DNA of 64,000 nucleotides from Macrostomum hystrix (taxonomy: Eukaryota; Animalia; Platyhelminthes), in assembly GCA_950097015.1 (NCBI GenBank), contig CATNEN010000025.1, positions 7,502,001-7,566,000 on the forward strand. The letters are read 5' to 3'. Position numbers and translations under genes: made by a program. Below the pieces are notes generated by a model, which did not search any database, was not told the DNA's origin, and saw only the letters and a program-made list of their open reading frames with translations. This document shows, piece after piece, positions 36,651-50,912 of this stretch. The first letter of the stretch is position 1, and each line of letters opens with the position of its first letter.

Positions 36651-37527
36651 TGCTCAATCGCTGTCACTCTCACCCCATTGTCTCGTTCCTTTCATCGAAT
36701 AATTAGTTTCCCACTGCCTCCTACCTGCCTCTACCCTTGCACAGTATTCCCTAATCCCATTTGAAGCCTAATTTATCAGTGTAGCGTGAACATGCTGTCT
36801 AGAATTTTGTTAATTCCTAACTGCCCACCGCAGCTACCAGAAACTACCAGGCAATCTAGACCTAAGTAGAAGCTCATCAGGCTTTGCCCAGTCAATCGTG
36901 AAAGCCATACTAAAAAAATAGCGCGTAGGCTTTGAGAAACATGAGCAGGCAGCAGGTGGCCGCCCTCATATATGCTGCCTCATGCATTAATAAGTTTGGA
37001 TGGCAGCAAAAGACGGGTAGGTTAGAACCTGGGCTAGAGTTATGCATGGAGTGGCTGAGTAGGGGGGTAGTTAGCCGGGTTTCAGATTAACCAGCCCTGT
37101 GTAATAATCCGCTCAACTCGAGAAATAGGGTGGGGGGTGCCTGGGGGACATGCGGTTCTAGATTGAAACTTATCAAGTGTCTAAGATCCCAAATCCATCC
37201 ATCGGTCTGACAGACTGTAGCAATGGGGAGAGAAAGGCTGTGTGGACAAATAAACAAAGAGGAGAGAGACAGACCAGAGAACGAAAGAATTTTTTTTAAC
37301 TTCGCATCTGGGAACTGGGAATTTATCCCCCTCCTCCGCCTCCTAGTCATTCCTCGGCCTCGATCAAGATCTTTATCAAGAGCTGCCGGAGTGCCGACAT
37401 GGATTCGTTTGGGCTGAGGGAAATAATATAGGGGAACACACGACACCCATGGGTATTGTAATTCACTGGCGGCTGTGGCATCGACCTTGATCTCTCTTGT
37501 AGCCACTCCCTAAAATACCCTCCCTGA

Positions 37528-38095
37528 TCAGTTACGTAATAACACTAGACGAAAGCTGCCGTTTTCGTGACTAGATTCTCGCTGGATCGTTAAACGGATC
37601 GACATTGCGGCAGGCCTAAATCTTATTCTTGTTGCTCTTTTACTGATTTCAAGCTTCTTTTGCGAGTTTTTGATGCAAGGATTTTTTTCGTAGACTGGGA
37701 CAACGAATTTTGCGACAAGCGATTCTGGGTCCTCTTCTGGCGCCTCTTCTGGCGCTCCTTCTGGCGCTCCTTCTGGCGCCTCCTCTGGCGCTCCTTCTGG
37801 CGCTCCTTCTGGCGCTCCTTCTGGCGCCAATAGCGATGCCTTTTCTGTGGCCTCTTTTGGCGCTTTTACAGACACCTCTTCTAGAGTTCTTCTTGCACCT
37901 TGTCTGGCGTCTCCTCTGGCGCCTCTTCTGGCGCCTCTTCTGGCGCCTCTTCTGGCGCCTCTTCTGGCGCCTCTTCTGGTGCCCTTTCTGGCGCCTATTT
38001 GCTTGCTTTATCCGAAGCATCCATTGGCCTTTTCATTCGCTTCTTATAAAGCCTGGTCTGCGCTTGCAAAGTTGCCTCATGAATACTTGCAATAC
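37528..38095 (-). pseudogene. Disrupted coding-like fragment with APEE/APEG repeats
   Basis: The 12-bp repeat reads as APEE/APEG codons in two blocks. One in-frame TAG (37995-37997) and one TAG/frameshift (37881-37883). No family recognised. Confidence 0.3.
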
Positions 38096-38399
38096 TTGTC
38101 TAATTTTAAGCCAGTTTTGTTCTGTACATTTTCTTCTCCTAGAGGCAACGAATTGATTTCTTAAGAATTCCATCTTTCACCACACTAGCGGGATTGTTGG
38201 TAGAGTGGGTAGGAAGTTTTCTATTTCTAAAGATTTCCAATGACAAGTCGATATGTGAGTCGTTGGGAGGTTAAGACTGCATGCTACAGCTAACTTTTAT
38301 AAGAAGGCCAAATAGTCATGTAAAATATGGCACACCTCTATTTTATATTTTACCTATTCATAACAATCAGTCCATAGGCAGCCGGGACAATTACTGAGA

Positions 38400-41300
38400 A
38401 CCTGAGGAATCGGGGGGTATTGCCTACACCATGAAGTAGCGGAGGTTATTGCCGACACCCTGAAATATCAGGGGTTATTGCTGACACCCTGAAGAATCGG
38501 GGGTTATTGCCGACACCCTGAAGAATCGGTGGTTATTTCCTACACCCTGAAGAAACGGAGGTTATTGCCGACACCCTGAAGAATCGGGGGTTATTGCCTA
38601 CACCCTAAAGAATCGGGGGTTATTGCCGACACCCTGAAGAATCAGGGGTTATTGCCTACACCCTGAAGAATAGGGGGTTATTGCCGAAACCCTGAAGAAT
38701 CGCGTTATTGCCGATACCCTGAAGAAACGGAGGTTATTGCCGATACCCTAAAGAATCGGAAGTTATTGCCGATACCCTAAAGAATCAGGGATTATTGCCG
38801 ACACCCTGAAGAATCGGGCGTTATTGCCGATACCCTAAAGAATCAGGGATTATTGCCGACACCCTGAAGAATCGGGGGTTATTGCCGACACCCTGAAGAA
38901 TCGGGGGTTATTGCCGATACCCTGAAGAATCGGGGGTTATTGCCTACACCCTGAAGAATAGGGGGTTATTGCCGACACCCTGAAGAAACGGAGGTTATTG
39001 CCGACACCCTGAAATATCAGGGGTTATTGCCTACACCCTAAAGAATCGGGGGTTATTGCCGACACCCTGAAGAATCAGGGGTTATTGCCTACACCCTGAA
39101 GAATAGGGGGTTATTGCCGAAACCCTGAAGAATCGCGTTATTGCCGATACCCTGAAGAAACGGAGGTTATTGCCGATACCCTAAAGAATCGGGGGTTATT
39201 GCCGATACCCTAAAGAATCAGGGATTATTGCCGACACCCTGAAGAATCGGGGGTTATTGCCGATACCCTAAAGAAACAGGGGTTATTGCCGACACCCTGA
39301 AGAATCAGGGGTTATTGCCGACACCCTGAAGAATCGGGGGGTCATTGCCGACACCCTGAAGAAACGGAGGTTATTGCCGACACCCTGAAGAATCAGGGGT
39401 TATTGCCTATTCCCTGAAGAATCGGGGGTTATTGCCTACACCCTGAAGAATCAGGGGTTATTGCCGACACCCTGAAGAATCAGGGGTTATTGCCGATACC
39501 CTGAAGAATCGGGGGTTATTGCCGACACCCTGAAGAAACGGAGGTTATTGCCGATACCCTGAAGAATCAGGGGTTATTGCCTACACCCTGAAGAATCAGG
39601 GGTTATTGCCGACACCCTGAAGAATCAGGGGTTATTGCCGATACCCTGAAGAATCGGGGGTTATTGCCGACACCCTGAAGAATCGGGGGTTATTGCCGAC
39701 ACCCTGAAGAATCAGGGGTTATTGCCGACACCCTGAAGAATCGGGGGTTATTGCCGACACCCTGGAGAATCGTGGGTTATTGCCGATACCCTGAAGAATC
39801 GGGGGTTATTGCCGACACCCTGAAGAATCGGGGGTTATTGCCGACACCCTGAAGAATCGGGGGTTATTGCCGATACCCTGAAGAATCGGGGGTTATTGCC
39901 TACACCCTGAAGAATAGGGGGTTATTGCCGACACCCTGAAGAAACGGAGGTTATTGCCGACACCCTGAAATATCAGGGGTTATTGCCGACACCCTGAAGA
40001 ATCAGGGGTTATTGCCGACACCCTGAAGAATCAGTGGTTATTTCCTACACCCTGAAGAAACGGAGGTTATTGCCGACACCCTGAAGAATCGGGGGTTATT
40101 GCCTACACCCTAAAGAATCGGGGGTTATTGCCGACACCCTGAAGAATCAGGGGTTATTGCCTACACCCTGAAGAATAGGGGGTTATTGCCGAAACCCTGA
40201 AGAATCGCGTTATTGCCGATACCCTGAAGAAACGGAGGTTATTGCCGATACCCTAAAGAATCGGGGGTTATTGCCGATACCCTAAAGAATCAGGGATTAT
40301 TGCCGACACCCTGAAGAATCGGGGGTTATTGCCGATACCCTAAAGAAACAGGGGTTATTGCCGACACCCTGAAGAATCAGGGGTTATTGCCGACACCCTG
40401 AAGAATCGGGGGGTCATTGCCGACACCCTGAAGAAACGGAGGTTATTGCCGACACCCTGAAGAATCAGGGGTTATTGCCTACACCCTGAAGAATCAGGGG
40501 TTATTGCCGACACCCTGAAGAATCAGGGGTTATTGCCGATACCCTGAAGAATCGGTGGTTATTGCCGACACCCTGAAGAATCGGGGGTTATTGCCGACAC
40601 CCTGAAGAATCAGGGGTTATTGCCGACACCCTGAAGAATCGGGGGTTATTGCCGACACCCTGGAGAATCGTGGGTTATTGCCGATACCCTGAAGAATCGG
40701 GGGTTATTGCCGACACCCTGAAGAATCGGGGGTTATTGCCGACACCCTGAAGAATCGGGGGTTATTGCCGATACCCTGAAGAATCGGGGGTTATTGACTA
40801 CACCCTGAAGAATAGGGGGTTATTGCCGACACCCTGAAGAAACGGAGGTTATTGCCGACACCCTGAAATATCAGGGGTTATTGCCGACACCCTGAAGAAT
40901 CAGGGGTTATTGCCGACACCCTGAAGAATCAGTGGTTATTTCCTACACCCTGAAGAAACGGAGGTTATTGCCGACACCCTGAAGAATCGGGGGTTATTGC
41001 CTACACCCTAAAGAATCGGGGGTTATTGCCGACACCCTGAAGAATCAGGGGTTATTGCCTACACCCTGAAGAATAGGGGGTTATTGCCGAAACCCTGAAG
41101 AATCGCGTTATTGCCGATACCCTGAAGAAACGGAGGTTATTGCCGATACCCTAAAGAATCGGGGGTTATTGCCGATACCCTAAAGAATCAGGGATTATTG
41201 CCGACACCCTGAAGAATCGGGGGTTATTGCCGATACCCTAAAGAAACAGGGGTTATTGCCGACACCCTGAAGAATCAGGGGTTATTGCCGACACCCTGAA

Positions 41301-44300
41301 GAATCGGGGGGTCATTGCCGACACCCTGAAGAAACGGAGGTTATTGCCGACACCCTGAAGAATCAGGGGTTATTGCCTATTCCCTGAAGAATCGGGGGTT
41401 ATTGCCTACACCCTGAAGAATCAGGGGTTATTGCCGACACCCTGAAGAATCAGGGGTTATTGCCGATACCCTGAAGAATCGGGGGTTATTGCCGACACCC
41501 TGAAGAAACGGAGGTTATTGCCGATACCCTGAAGAATCAGGGGTTATTGCCTACACCCTGAAGAATCAGGGGTTATTGCCGACACCCTGAAGAATCAGGG
41601 GTTATTGCCGATACCCTGAAGAATCGGGGGTATTTGCCGACACCCTGAAGAATCGGGGGTTATTGCCGACACCCTGAAGAATCAGGGGTTATTGCCGACA
41701 CCCTGAAGAATCGGGGGTTATTGCCGACACCCTGGAGAATCGTGGGTTATTGCCGATACCCTGAAGAATCGGGGGTTATTGCCGACACCCTGAAGAATCA
41801 GGGGTTATTGCCGACACCCTGAAGAATCGGGGGTTATTGCCGATACCCTGAAGAATCGGGGGTTATTGCCGACACCCTGAAGAATCGGGGGTTATTGCCG
41901 ATACCCTGGAGAATCGGGGGTTATTGCCGACACCCTGGAGAATCGGGGGTTATTGCCAACACCCTGGAGAATCGTGGGTTATTGCCGATACCCTGAAGAA
42001 TCGGGGGTTATTGCCGACACCCTGAAGAATCGGGGATTATTGCCGACACCCTGAAGAATCGGGGATTATTGCCGACACCCTGAAGAATCGGGGGTTATTG
42101 CCGACACCCTGAAGAATCGGGGGTTATTGCCGACACCCTGAAGAATCGGGGATTATTGCCGACACCCTGAAGAATCGGGGATTATTGCCGACACCCTGAA
42201 GAATCGGGGGTTATTGCCGACACCCTGAAGAATCGGGGGTTATTGCCGATACCCTGAAGAATCGGGGGTTATTGCCGATACCCTGAAGAATCGGGGGTTA
42301 TTGCCGACACCCTGAAGAATCAGGGGTTATTGCCGACACCCTGAAGAATCGGGGGTTATTGCCGACACCCTGGAGAATCGTGGGTTATTGCCGATACCCT
42401 GAAGAATCGGGGGTTATTGCCGACACCCTGAAGAATCGGGGGTTATTGCCGACACCCTGAAGAATCGGGGGTTATTGCCGATACCCTGAAGAATCGGGGG
42501 TTATTGCCTACACCCTGAAGAATCGGGGGTTATTGCCGACACCCTGAAGAATCAGGGGTTATTGCCGATACCCTGAAGAATCGGGGGTTATTGCCGACAC
42601 CCTGAAGAAACGGAGGTTATTGCCGATACCCTGAAGAAACAGGGGTTATTGCCTACACCCTGAAGAATCAGGGGTTATTGCCTACACCCTGAATAATCGG
42701 GGGTTATTGCCGACACCCTGAAGAATCAGGGGTTATTGCCTACACCCTGAAGAAACGGAGGTTATTGCCGACACCCTGAAGAATCAGGGGTTATTGCCTA
42801 TTCCCTGAAGAAACGGAGGTTATTGCCGACACCCTGAAGAATCAGGGGTTATTGCCTATTCCCTGAAGAAACGGAGGTTATTGCCGACACCCTGAAGAAT
42901 CGGGGGTTATTGCCGACACCCTGAAGAATCGGGGGTTATTGCCGATACCCTGAAGAATCGGGGGTTATTGCCGACACCCTGAAGAATCGGGGTTTATTGC
43001 CGACACCCTGAAGAATCAGGGGTTATTGCCGACACCCTGAAGAATCGGGGGTTATTGCCGACACCCTGGAGAATCGTGGGTTATTGCCGATACCCTGAAG
43101 AATCGGGGGTTATTGCCGACACCCTGAAGAATCGGGGGTTATTGCCGACACCCTGAAGAATCGGGGGTTATTGCCGATACCCTGGAGAATCGGGGGTTAT
43201 TGCCGACACCCTGGAGAATCGGGGGTTATTGCCGACACCCTGAAGAATCGTGGGTTATTGCCGATACCCTGAAGAATCGGGGGTTATTGCCTACACCCTG
43301 AAGAATCGGGGGTTATTGCCGACACCCTGAAGAATCAGGGGTTATTGCCGATACCCTGAAGAATCGGGGGTTATTGCCGACACCCTGAAGAAACGGAGGT
43401 TATTGCCGATACCCTGAAGAAACAGGGGTTATTGCCTACACCCTGAAGAATCAGGGGTTATTGCCTACACCCTGAATAATCGGGGGTTATTGCCGACACC
43501 CTGAAGAATCAGGGGTTATTGCCTACACCCTGAAGAAACGGAGGTTATTGCCGACACCCTGAAGAATCAGGGGTTATTGCCTATTCCCTGAAGAAACGGA
43601 GGTTATTGCCGACACCCTGAAGAATCAGGGGTTATTGCCTATTCCCTGAAGAAACGGAGGTTATTGCCGACACCCTGAAGAATCGGGGGTTATTGCCGAC
43701 ACCCTGAAGAATCGGGGGTTATTGCCGATACCCTGAAGAATCGGGGGTTATTGCCGACACCCTGAAGAATCGGGGTTTATTGCCGACACCCTGAAGAATC
43801 AGGGGTTATTGCCGACACCCTGAAGAATCGGGGGTTATTGCCGACACCCTGGAGAATCGTGGGTTATTGCCGATACCCTGAAGAATCGGGGGTTATTGCC
43901 GACACCCTGAAGAATCGGGGGTTATTGCCGACACCCTGAAGAATCGGGGGTTATTGCCGATACCCTGGAGAATCGGGGGTTATTGCCGACACCCTGGAGA
44001 ATCGGGGGTTATTGCCTACACCCTGAAGAATCGTGGGTTATTGCCGATACCCTGAAGAATCGGGGGTTATTGCCTACACCCTGAAGAATCGGGGGTTATT
44101 GCCGACACCCTGAAGAATCGTGGGTTATTGCCGATACCCTGAAGAATCGGGGGTTATTGCCTACACCCTGAAGAATCGGGGGTTATTGCCGACACCCTGA
44201 AGAATCGTGGGTTATTGCCGATACCCTGAAGAATCGGGGGTTATTGCCGACACCCTGGAGAATCGTGGGTTATTGCCGATACCCTGAAGAATCGGGGGTT

Positions 44301-44433
44301 ATTGCCGACACCCTGAAGAAACGGAGGTTATTGCCGATACCCTGAAGAATCGGGGGTTATTGCCGACACCCTGAAGAATCGTGGGTTATTGCCGATACCC
44401 TGAAGAATCGGGGGTTATTGCCGACACCCTGAA
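38400..44433. repeat. 6-kb 29-bp satellite (GGGGTTATTGCCGACACCCTGAAGAATCG/A), about 205-210 copies
   Basis: Uninterrupted tandem array. Variant markers recur at 433, 1072, 898 and 783 bp, all near multiples of 29. Confidence 0.98.
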
Positions 44434-45466
44434 GTAGCGCAGATACAGAATACAGAATTTAGTTCAGATACGGAATTATCTAACAAAACTAAGCTCTTTA
44501 GAGTCTCCTCAGATAAATAGATGCAGACGAGACGATGCAGAATAGATTGACGAGAATAATTGTTCACCGTGCAACAACTTGAACAAATGAGGCTAAAAAT
44601 GAGGTATTATCGACTCACTATGGCCTGGCTAATGGCCATCTTATTCAGTCTGATGCCTATCTTTCAATGTGCTTAGAGTCTTGCTTCATCAAAGTAGCGA
44701 AATATAAGAGACTTCAGACAACTCGCGGAGTTGCTTATTGAAGCAATTTGCTCAGCTGGCCAGTCCAATTAATGCCTCTGCTAGCATTAATGACGGCCCA
44801 TTTGCTGCTTCATCCTTAAGTATTCCTCCTAAAGCTGGCAGCTGCGGCACCTGGCTGCTGCTGCTGCTGCTGCCATTCCGAACGGCTCCACTCTACGCGC
44901 CACAGGGGGTTAGGCGGGACGAGACCAGGACTGCCGGAGAGGTCCAGTGGATCGTCCGGCACTTCAGAGAGTCGCTCCTTATTTTTTTCACGTCTGAAGT
45001 GTTCGGCTGGGGCGGGGGTATATTACAGTTACGGCAGTTTGCAGCTCAAAGAGCCGAGAGCCATTTCTGGGCAGCCTCCAGTGTCCCCGTCTCTCTCTCT
45101 CTCAGTCTCGCCCCATTCCCATTGGCCTGGCCCCGTGTGCAATGGGCAGGCCTTCTGACTGGCCGTCAGGGAGTGGAGGGCAGAGGTGGGCGACAGAGAT
45201 TGTGGGGTGCCTGAAGCACTGAGGCATAAGAGGCACACTAGAGATCGGTGGGCACCAGCGCACACGTAGAAACTACCGAAAGAATCTAGCGGCTCCGCCT
45301 CTTGGCAGACGCTGTAAAATAACTTAATTTATTTCTTAACTAAATTCCTACTGCTACACACGGTGGCCAGAAAGTCGCAGTAAGGGGGAATGTAGCTCTA
45401 CTCACCAGTGCTCCAACTTCACCCGAGCCGAAGACCAGCTGACTTCTAGCTCGCACCAGCGGCTCA

Positions 45467-48400
45467 ATGAAAATCCACAAAGCTGCCATCTTCAGGCTGG
45501 TGGTGCTGGTGTTGGCCGGGATAGTCCCAGCACTCGGAGCCTCAACAACAAACGTCACCTTCCACGTGGAGGAGAACGGCCTGCAGCCGGTGCTTCTTGT
45601 CGGGTCCGTGGCGTCAAGCGGTTGCTTGGCTCCATTCAATTCCTTCAACATTCCAACGGGTGCCTTCAGACTTGACTCTGGCACTGGCGATGTAAGAACC
45701 CAGACCAGGCTGGACAGAGAGCAGCAGGCAATCTACTTATTCGACGTTATCTGCCTCGCCTCCATCGTCCGAGTCTTGATTGCGGTGGACGACAAGAACG
45801 ACTGCTATCCGACGTTTCAGAACGCCACTCTAGTACTGCATCGGCCAGAGAACATCCCGACGCCGACTGCATTGCCGCTGATGTACGTCGAAGACCTGGA
45901 CTCGGAGCCGAATTCCATCGACCGGGTTGAGATAACTTCGGGCAATGCGGACAATCGATTCGCCATCCTGCTGCGGCAGCAGGTGGGCAGACCCACCCGC
46001 TTCGACGTAGTTCTTGTGCTGCAGACGCCGCTGGACTACGAGTCAGCTACGTCCTATAATCTGCAGCTGACTGCCTTCGACGAGCAGGGCTTGACTGGCA
46101 CGGCCAGTGTGATTCTCTACGTAGACAACGTTAACGATGAAATTCCTATTTTCACTCAGTCTCTCTACCAGGTGAATGTCACCGAAAATGCAACCGTTGG
46201 CTCCGAGATAATCCGAGTGCTGGCCACAGATCGCGACCTTGGCGATTTCAACATAGTGCGCTACTACATCAACTACGAGGTGTCGGACCCCGACCGCTAC
46301 TTTTTGATGGACCCAGCTACCGGAAGCATTCGTTTAGCGAAAGCTCTGGACTACGAGTTGCGCCAGCTGTACTCCATCGTCACTGTGGCAACCGACGGTG
46401 TCAACAATGGCACTGCAAATGTGGTCGTCCGCGTCGTTGACGTCAACGATCGGCCACCACAGGTGACGCTTTTGAATCTCACCTCGGGAGGTCAGGTGCT
46501 ACAGAGCGCGGTGATTGGCCAGCCGGTGATGAGGGTGGAGGTCACGGATCCCGACAGACCGCTTGATCCTGTACAGGTGACACTGGCGGTGACTACTGGC
46601 GCATTCAAGCTGACAGCTTTGGACAAGAACATCTTCGTCATTCAGGTGAATGCAAGCCTCAGTCCGCAGCTTTACACCATGACGCTAACGGCTATTGACT
46701 CGGGCGTTCCCCCACTGACAACAACAGTCAGCATTGGCGTTCAAGTGCTGGCAAGCAACGAGCATGCGCCTGCTTTCCTGAGTCGTACCTATCATGCAAC
46801 GATGGGCTCCAGTACCACAGCCGGATTCCAGGTTGTCCAGGTCTTGGCCGTGGATCCCGACCGGACCTCAGTGACCTACTCGATGACTCCGGCCTCAGCC
46901 GCGGACGCCGGCTTGTTTGACATCAACTCTTCTACGGGCTGGGTCACTGTGGGCTCGAAGAGACCAGCGTGTGGCTCCTTCGCTATGACGGTTCACGCTG
47001 TTGACGGTGGCTCACCGCCCCGAATGGGCAACGCCTCGCTAGTAATATTTGTAACCGACAGCAATCAGTATTGGCCGCGCTTTCAGAAGCCCTTCTACTC
47101 GGTCGCCCTGCCCAGGGCTGGCGTGGCGTCGTGTTTCTCGCAAGTTCACGCCACCGATCGTGACTGCGGTGCAGCGCTCAGCTACGAGTTCTCAGGAGAC
47201 TTGGCAGCTGCCTACGGCCCCCTGTTCGCATCGACCTACTCTGTGGACAGCTACACAGGTTACATTTGCGTGTCAAACGCTACAAATGCAATCTCCTTTG
47301 GAAATTTGATACAGCTGCCAATCAAGGTTGTGGACTCTGCAGCCGGCGTAACTAAGGAGAGCTACTCCCTGTTCCAACTAAGCATTTCGGATGTTCCAGC
47401 AAGTGCTCCTAACAGACTCCCGATCGCTAGCTATCGAATTGACCTTAGCGAGGGCTATCCGACTAACGTTGCCATATTGTCTGTACCAGCTGTCGGCGGC
47501 ACAGAATACTCGCTAGTAGGCTCCAGCAGTTACTTCACTCTGTTTGGCAATGGAACACTGGCTCTTGTCAGCCCATTGGACTATGATTATGGGCCTAGAG
47601 AGTTCTCTTTGACAATAAGGGGCGGCGCAAGTCTTCCGCTTAATCTAGCAATTAGCGTGAACGTGCTGGACGAGAACGACAATTTCCCAAACTGCTCGCT
47701 CGTGCTTAAGAGCCTATCAGTGGCGGATAATTCTCCTCCGGGCAGCCAGATTGCCCAATTCGCATGCTTTGATCCCGACACTGGACCCGCTCTGGTCTAC
47801 ACAGCCGACTTTGACAACTTCGCCGTGAGCAGCAGCGGCTCGCTGACCGTGAAGAATGGCATCACCCATCTGGCCGGACAGACGGTGCCTCTCCCTGTGC
47901 TGGTGTGCGATCCCGACCGGCAGTGTGCTAACTTCACCGCCAGTGTGCTGGTAGTTGACACGAACGACCATACGCCCGAGTTCTCGCAGCCGGCAGGCTA
48001 CTGGTTCAGAGTAGCCGAAAATGCGCCACCAGGCACAGCCATGGGCGGCGTTCAAGCCACTGACGGCGACCTGGGCCTCAATGCGGCAGTGCGGTACCGG
48101 CTAATTGGTCCCGGTGACCGCTTCAGCATCGACGAGTCAAACGGTAGTCTGAAGACGTCTGCTGCACTCGATCGAGAAACTGTGAGCTCTTACGTGCTCC
48201 AGGTAACCGCTTATGATGCAGGATCTCCTAGCAGGACTTCCACGGTTCAGGTGGCAGTCATCGTTACAGACGTCAACGACGTTGCGCCGCAATTTCGTCA
48301 CGCTAGTTACGACGTGTCCGGGACCGACCTCACACCTGTGGCTGCTAGCCTGCTAGTTTTAGATGCCAAGGACCCCGACCAAGGACTCGGAGCTACTCTT

Positions 48401-50912
48401 GCCTTCTCACTTAGCGGTGCGGCATCGGAATACCTGTCCATGGACCCGGTAACAGGTGTTCTGTCCACAGCGAAACGCCTCACAGCTGGTCAGTGGCAGG
48501 GTCAACTGTCTGTGCGCGACGGAGGTGGTTTAAGCGGCACAGCTGAACTATCCCTGAAGGTTTCACAAGTGCCTGTCTGGCCAAACAGTACAGTGATAAT
48601 GGCCGTTAGCGAGTCGGCCAAAGTAGGCCATCTAGTCGGCCAGATGGAAGCCCCCGTGGCCAAGGCGTACTACACAATGCTAAAAGCAGACGACGGAGCC
48701 TTCTGGGTGTCGGTCAACTCTGGAAAGATCTACGTCAACAGGCCTCTAGACAGGGAGGCGGTCGCAATGCACACCTATGAAATCCTAGTCTCTGACGCAA
48801 CAGAGCGAGCAAATGGCATGCCGCAGTCAGCCACAGTGACTCTCACCATCAAAGTCCTGGATGAGAATGACAACGCGCCAAGAATAAGCGACATCGACCT
48901 GTCTCCCACAATCAGCGTTCCTGAGGATCTTCCCGGTGGTTCCCAAATCTACGCCTTCTCTGCAACTGACCCCGACCTGGGCATGAATGGAACTGTATCA
49001 TACTCGCTTGGCGAGCCGACAGCGTTTTTCGCAATCGATGAGAGCGCCGGCAAACTCATCATCCTGCAGTCGCTGGACCGAGAGACTCTCGGAGCAGCGC
49101 TGCAAATCGGAGTACTCATAGCCGATCGCTGCCAGGCTGTGGCCCTCTGTGCGAAAACCGGAGCTGCCATCGTCACCGTCATCATTAAGGATGTGAATGA
49201 CCACGCCCCTAGCCTGTCGTTTGACCCGAACGCTTTCTACCTGGCCTCCGATGAACCTGGATCGATTATATCGCACGTGGAAGGCGTTGACAGTGACCGT
49301 GGAGTCAACGGTACGCTTCTATTTGGCGTTAGCCCCAGCGGCACTGTCGCAATAGACGACTATGGTCTGGTGCGGCTGTCAGTCTCGGGCACAGCGCCAA
49401 TCGCGGTGAACGTGTCCGCCACCGACAGCGGTCCTGAGGCCTCTCGACTGACCAACTGGCGCTACGCGACCATTCCCATCCTTAGTCTGAGCGGCACGAA
49501 CGCACCAAAGTTCCGGCAGGCAGTCTACAGCACCAGCATCAGCTCGAGGGCCGCCCAAGGCCAGGATGTCATCCTGTTGGACAGCGATCGACAGCACTCC
49601 GGTCCGCTGGAATTCCGCCTACCCTACGGTCTCTACGAGAATTTGTTTTCTATCGATCCAGTCACTGGCCAGGTGCGATTGGCCCGCCCGCTACCAGGAG
49701 ACGATCGACTAACCTACCGATTAACGGCTTTACTGGCCGAGCGAGCGAGCACCAGCCGCCAGGGAACTGCTGAAGTCTCTGTGACCTTGGTGGACGCCAA
49801 TGAGCACGCGCCAGTATTTCCTAGCACCTACTCAACGGATGTGCCAGAGGGTCAAGCCTACTCCGGGCTGCTCACCTTGGCCGCCTACGATCTGGATCGA
49901 GGACCGGCCGGCGAGGTCACCTACGCAATCGAGGGCAGCAACGGGCTGCAATTCATCTTGGATCCTCGTAGCGGCGAACTCTCCTGCTCCGCTCTCGACT
50001 CCATCATAGCCAGTCAGTACGTGCTGAATGTGACCGCCACGGACGGAGGTGGCCTCGTGGGCCGCACCACGGTGACTGTCAGGGTGCTGCCCGTGAATCG
50101 GTTCGCCCCAGCCTTCCAGAGCGGCATCTACACAGCCGCAGTCTCTGAGGCGGCCCCAATCGGAGCCTCTGTGATAAACGTCACCGCCACAGACAGGGAC
50201 GCCGGTGTCAACGGCCGGGTGACCTACGCCTTGCAGGGCAGGCCGGACACCTTCGGCATCGATCCGTTTACTGGAGAAATCCGGCTGGCCCGACAACTGA
50301 ACCGCGAGCTGGAGTCGTTCGTGTCAGTCTCAGTCGTGGCTACCGACTTCAGCCAGGAGAATCCGATGTCCTCTATGGTCAACGTTGAGGTTGAAGTGCT
50401 GGATTCCAACGATGAGCGGCCAGTATTTCAGCCGGCCTTCTACTACTTTCGCATCAGCGGCCCGCTAGCGTCGGGCTCCTTGCTGACCACGCTGCGGGCA
50501 ACAGACGCCGACAGTTCGCCAGCAAACAGCGCCGTGAAGTATAGCATCGAGGCCAACGATCTGCTGTCTGTGGACGCTGGTTCCGGCCGCGTCACCCTGT
50601 CGCGCAGTTTGTCCGCCACTCCAGCTTCCACGGGCTTCCAGTCGTTCGCCATCACCGCCAGCGACTCCGGCTTGCCCGCCCCGCTGGCGTCCGTCAGCCG
50701 CCTGGTGCTGCAGCTGGGTTCGCCGAGCCCCTCGTTGGCCTTCGCCGCCGTCAACTACTCGGCCGCCTTGCCGGAGAACTCGCCCTCCGGCACCTGTCCG
50801 ATCAGCGACGCTGGTGGCGCCTGCCTGACCGTGACAACGCTGCCACCTGCCAGCAGATACGCCATCGTCGGCGGCAATGAGGAGGGACAGTTTGCGATCG
50901 ACTCAGTGACAG
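45467..50912 (+). CDS. ds: Dachsous-like protocadherin exon 1 (signal peptide and about 17.5 cadherin repeats; 5446 nt)
   Basis: ATG followed by a hydrophobic signal (LVVLVLAGIVPALG). Repeated xEN/DxD/LDRE/DxND cadherin motifs. Ends ACA G|GTAGGG, phase 1. Confidence 0.93.

Noticed and set aside
36189-36706. RE/GE/RG-repeat ORFs
   Set aside because: Hexanucleotide CT microsatellite.
38400-44433. CRISPR-like array (29-bp hairpin repeat)
   Set aside because: Monomers are head-to-tail with no unique spacers, there are no cas genes, and the context is a spliced eukaryotic locus.
44738-45214. 158-aa ORF upstream of Dachsous
   Set aside because: TTG start, no homology, not joined to the Ds frame by evident splice sites; most likely promoter or 5' UTR sequence.
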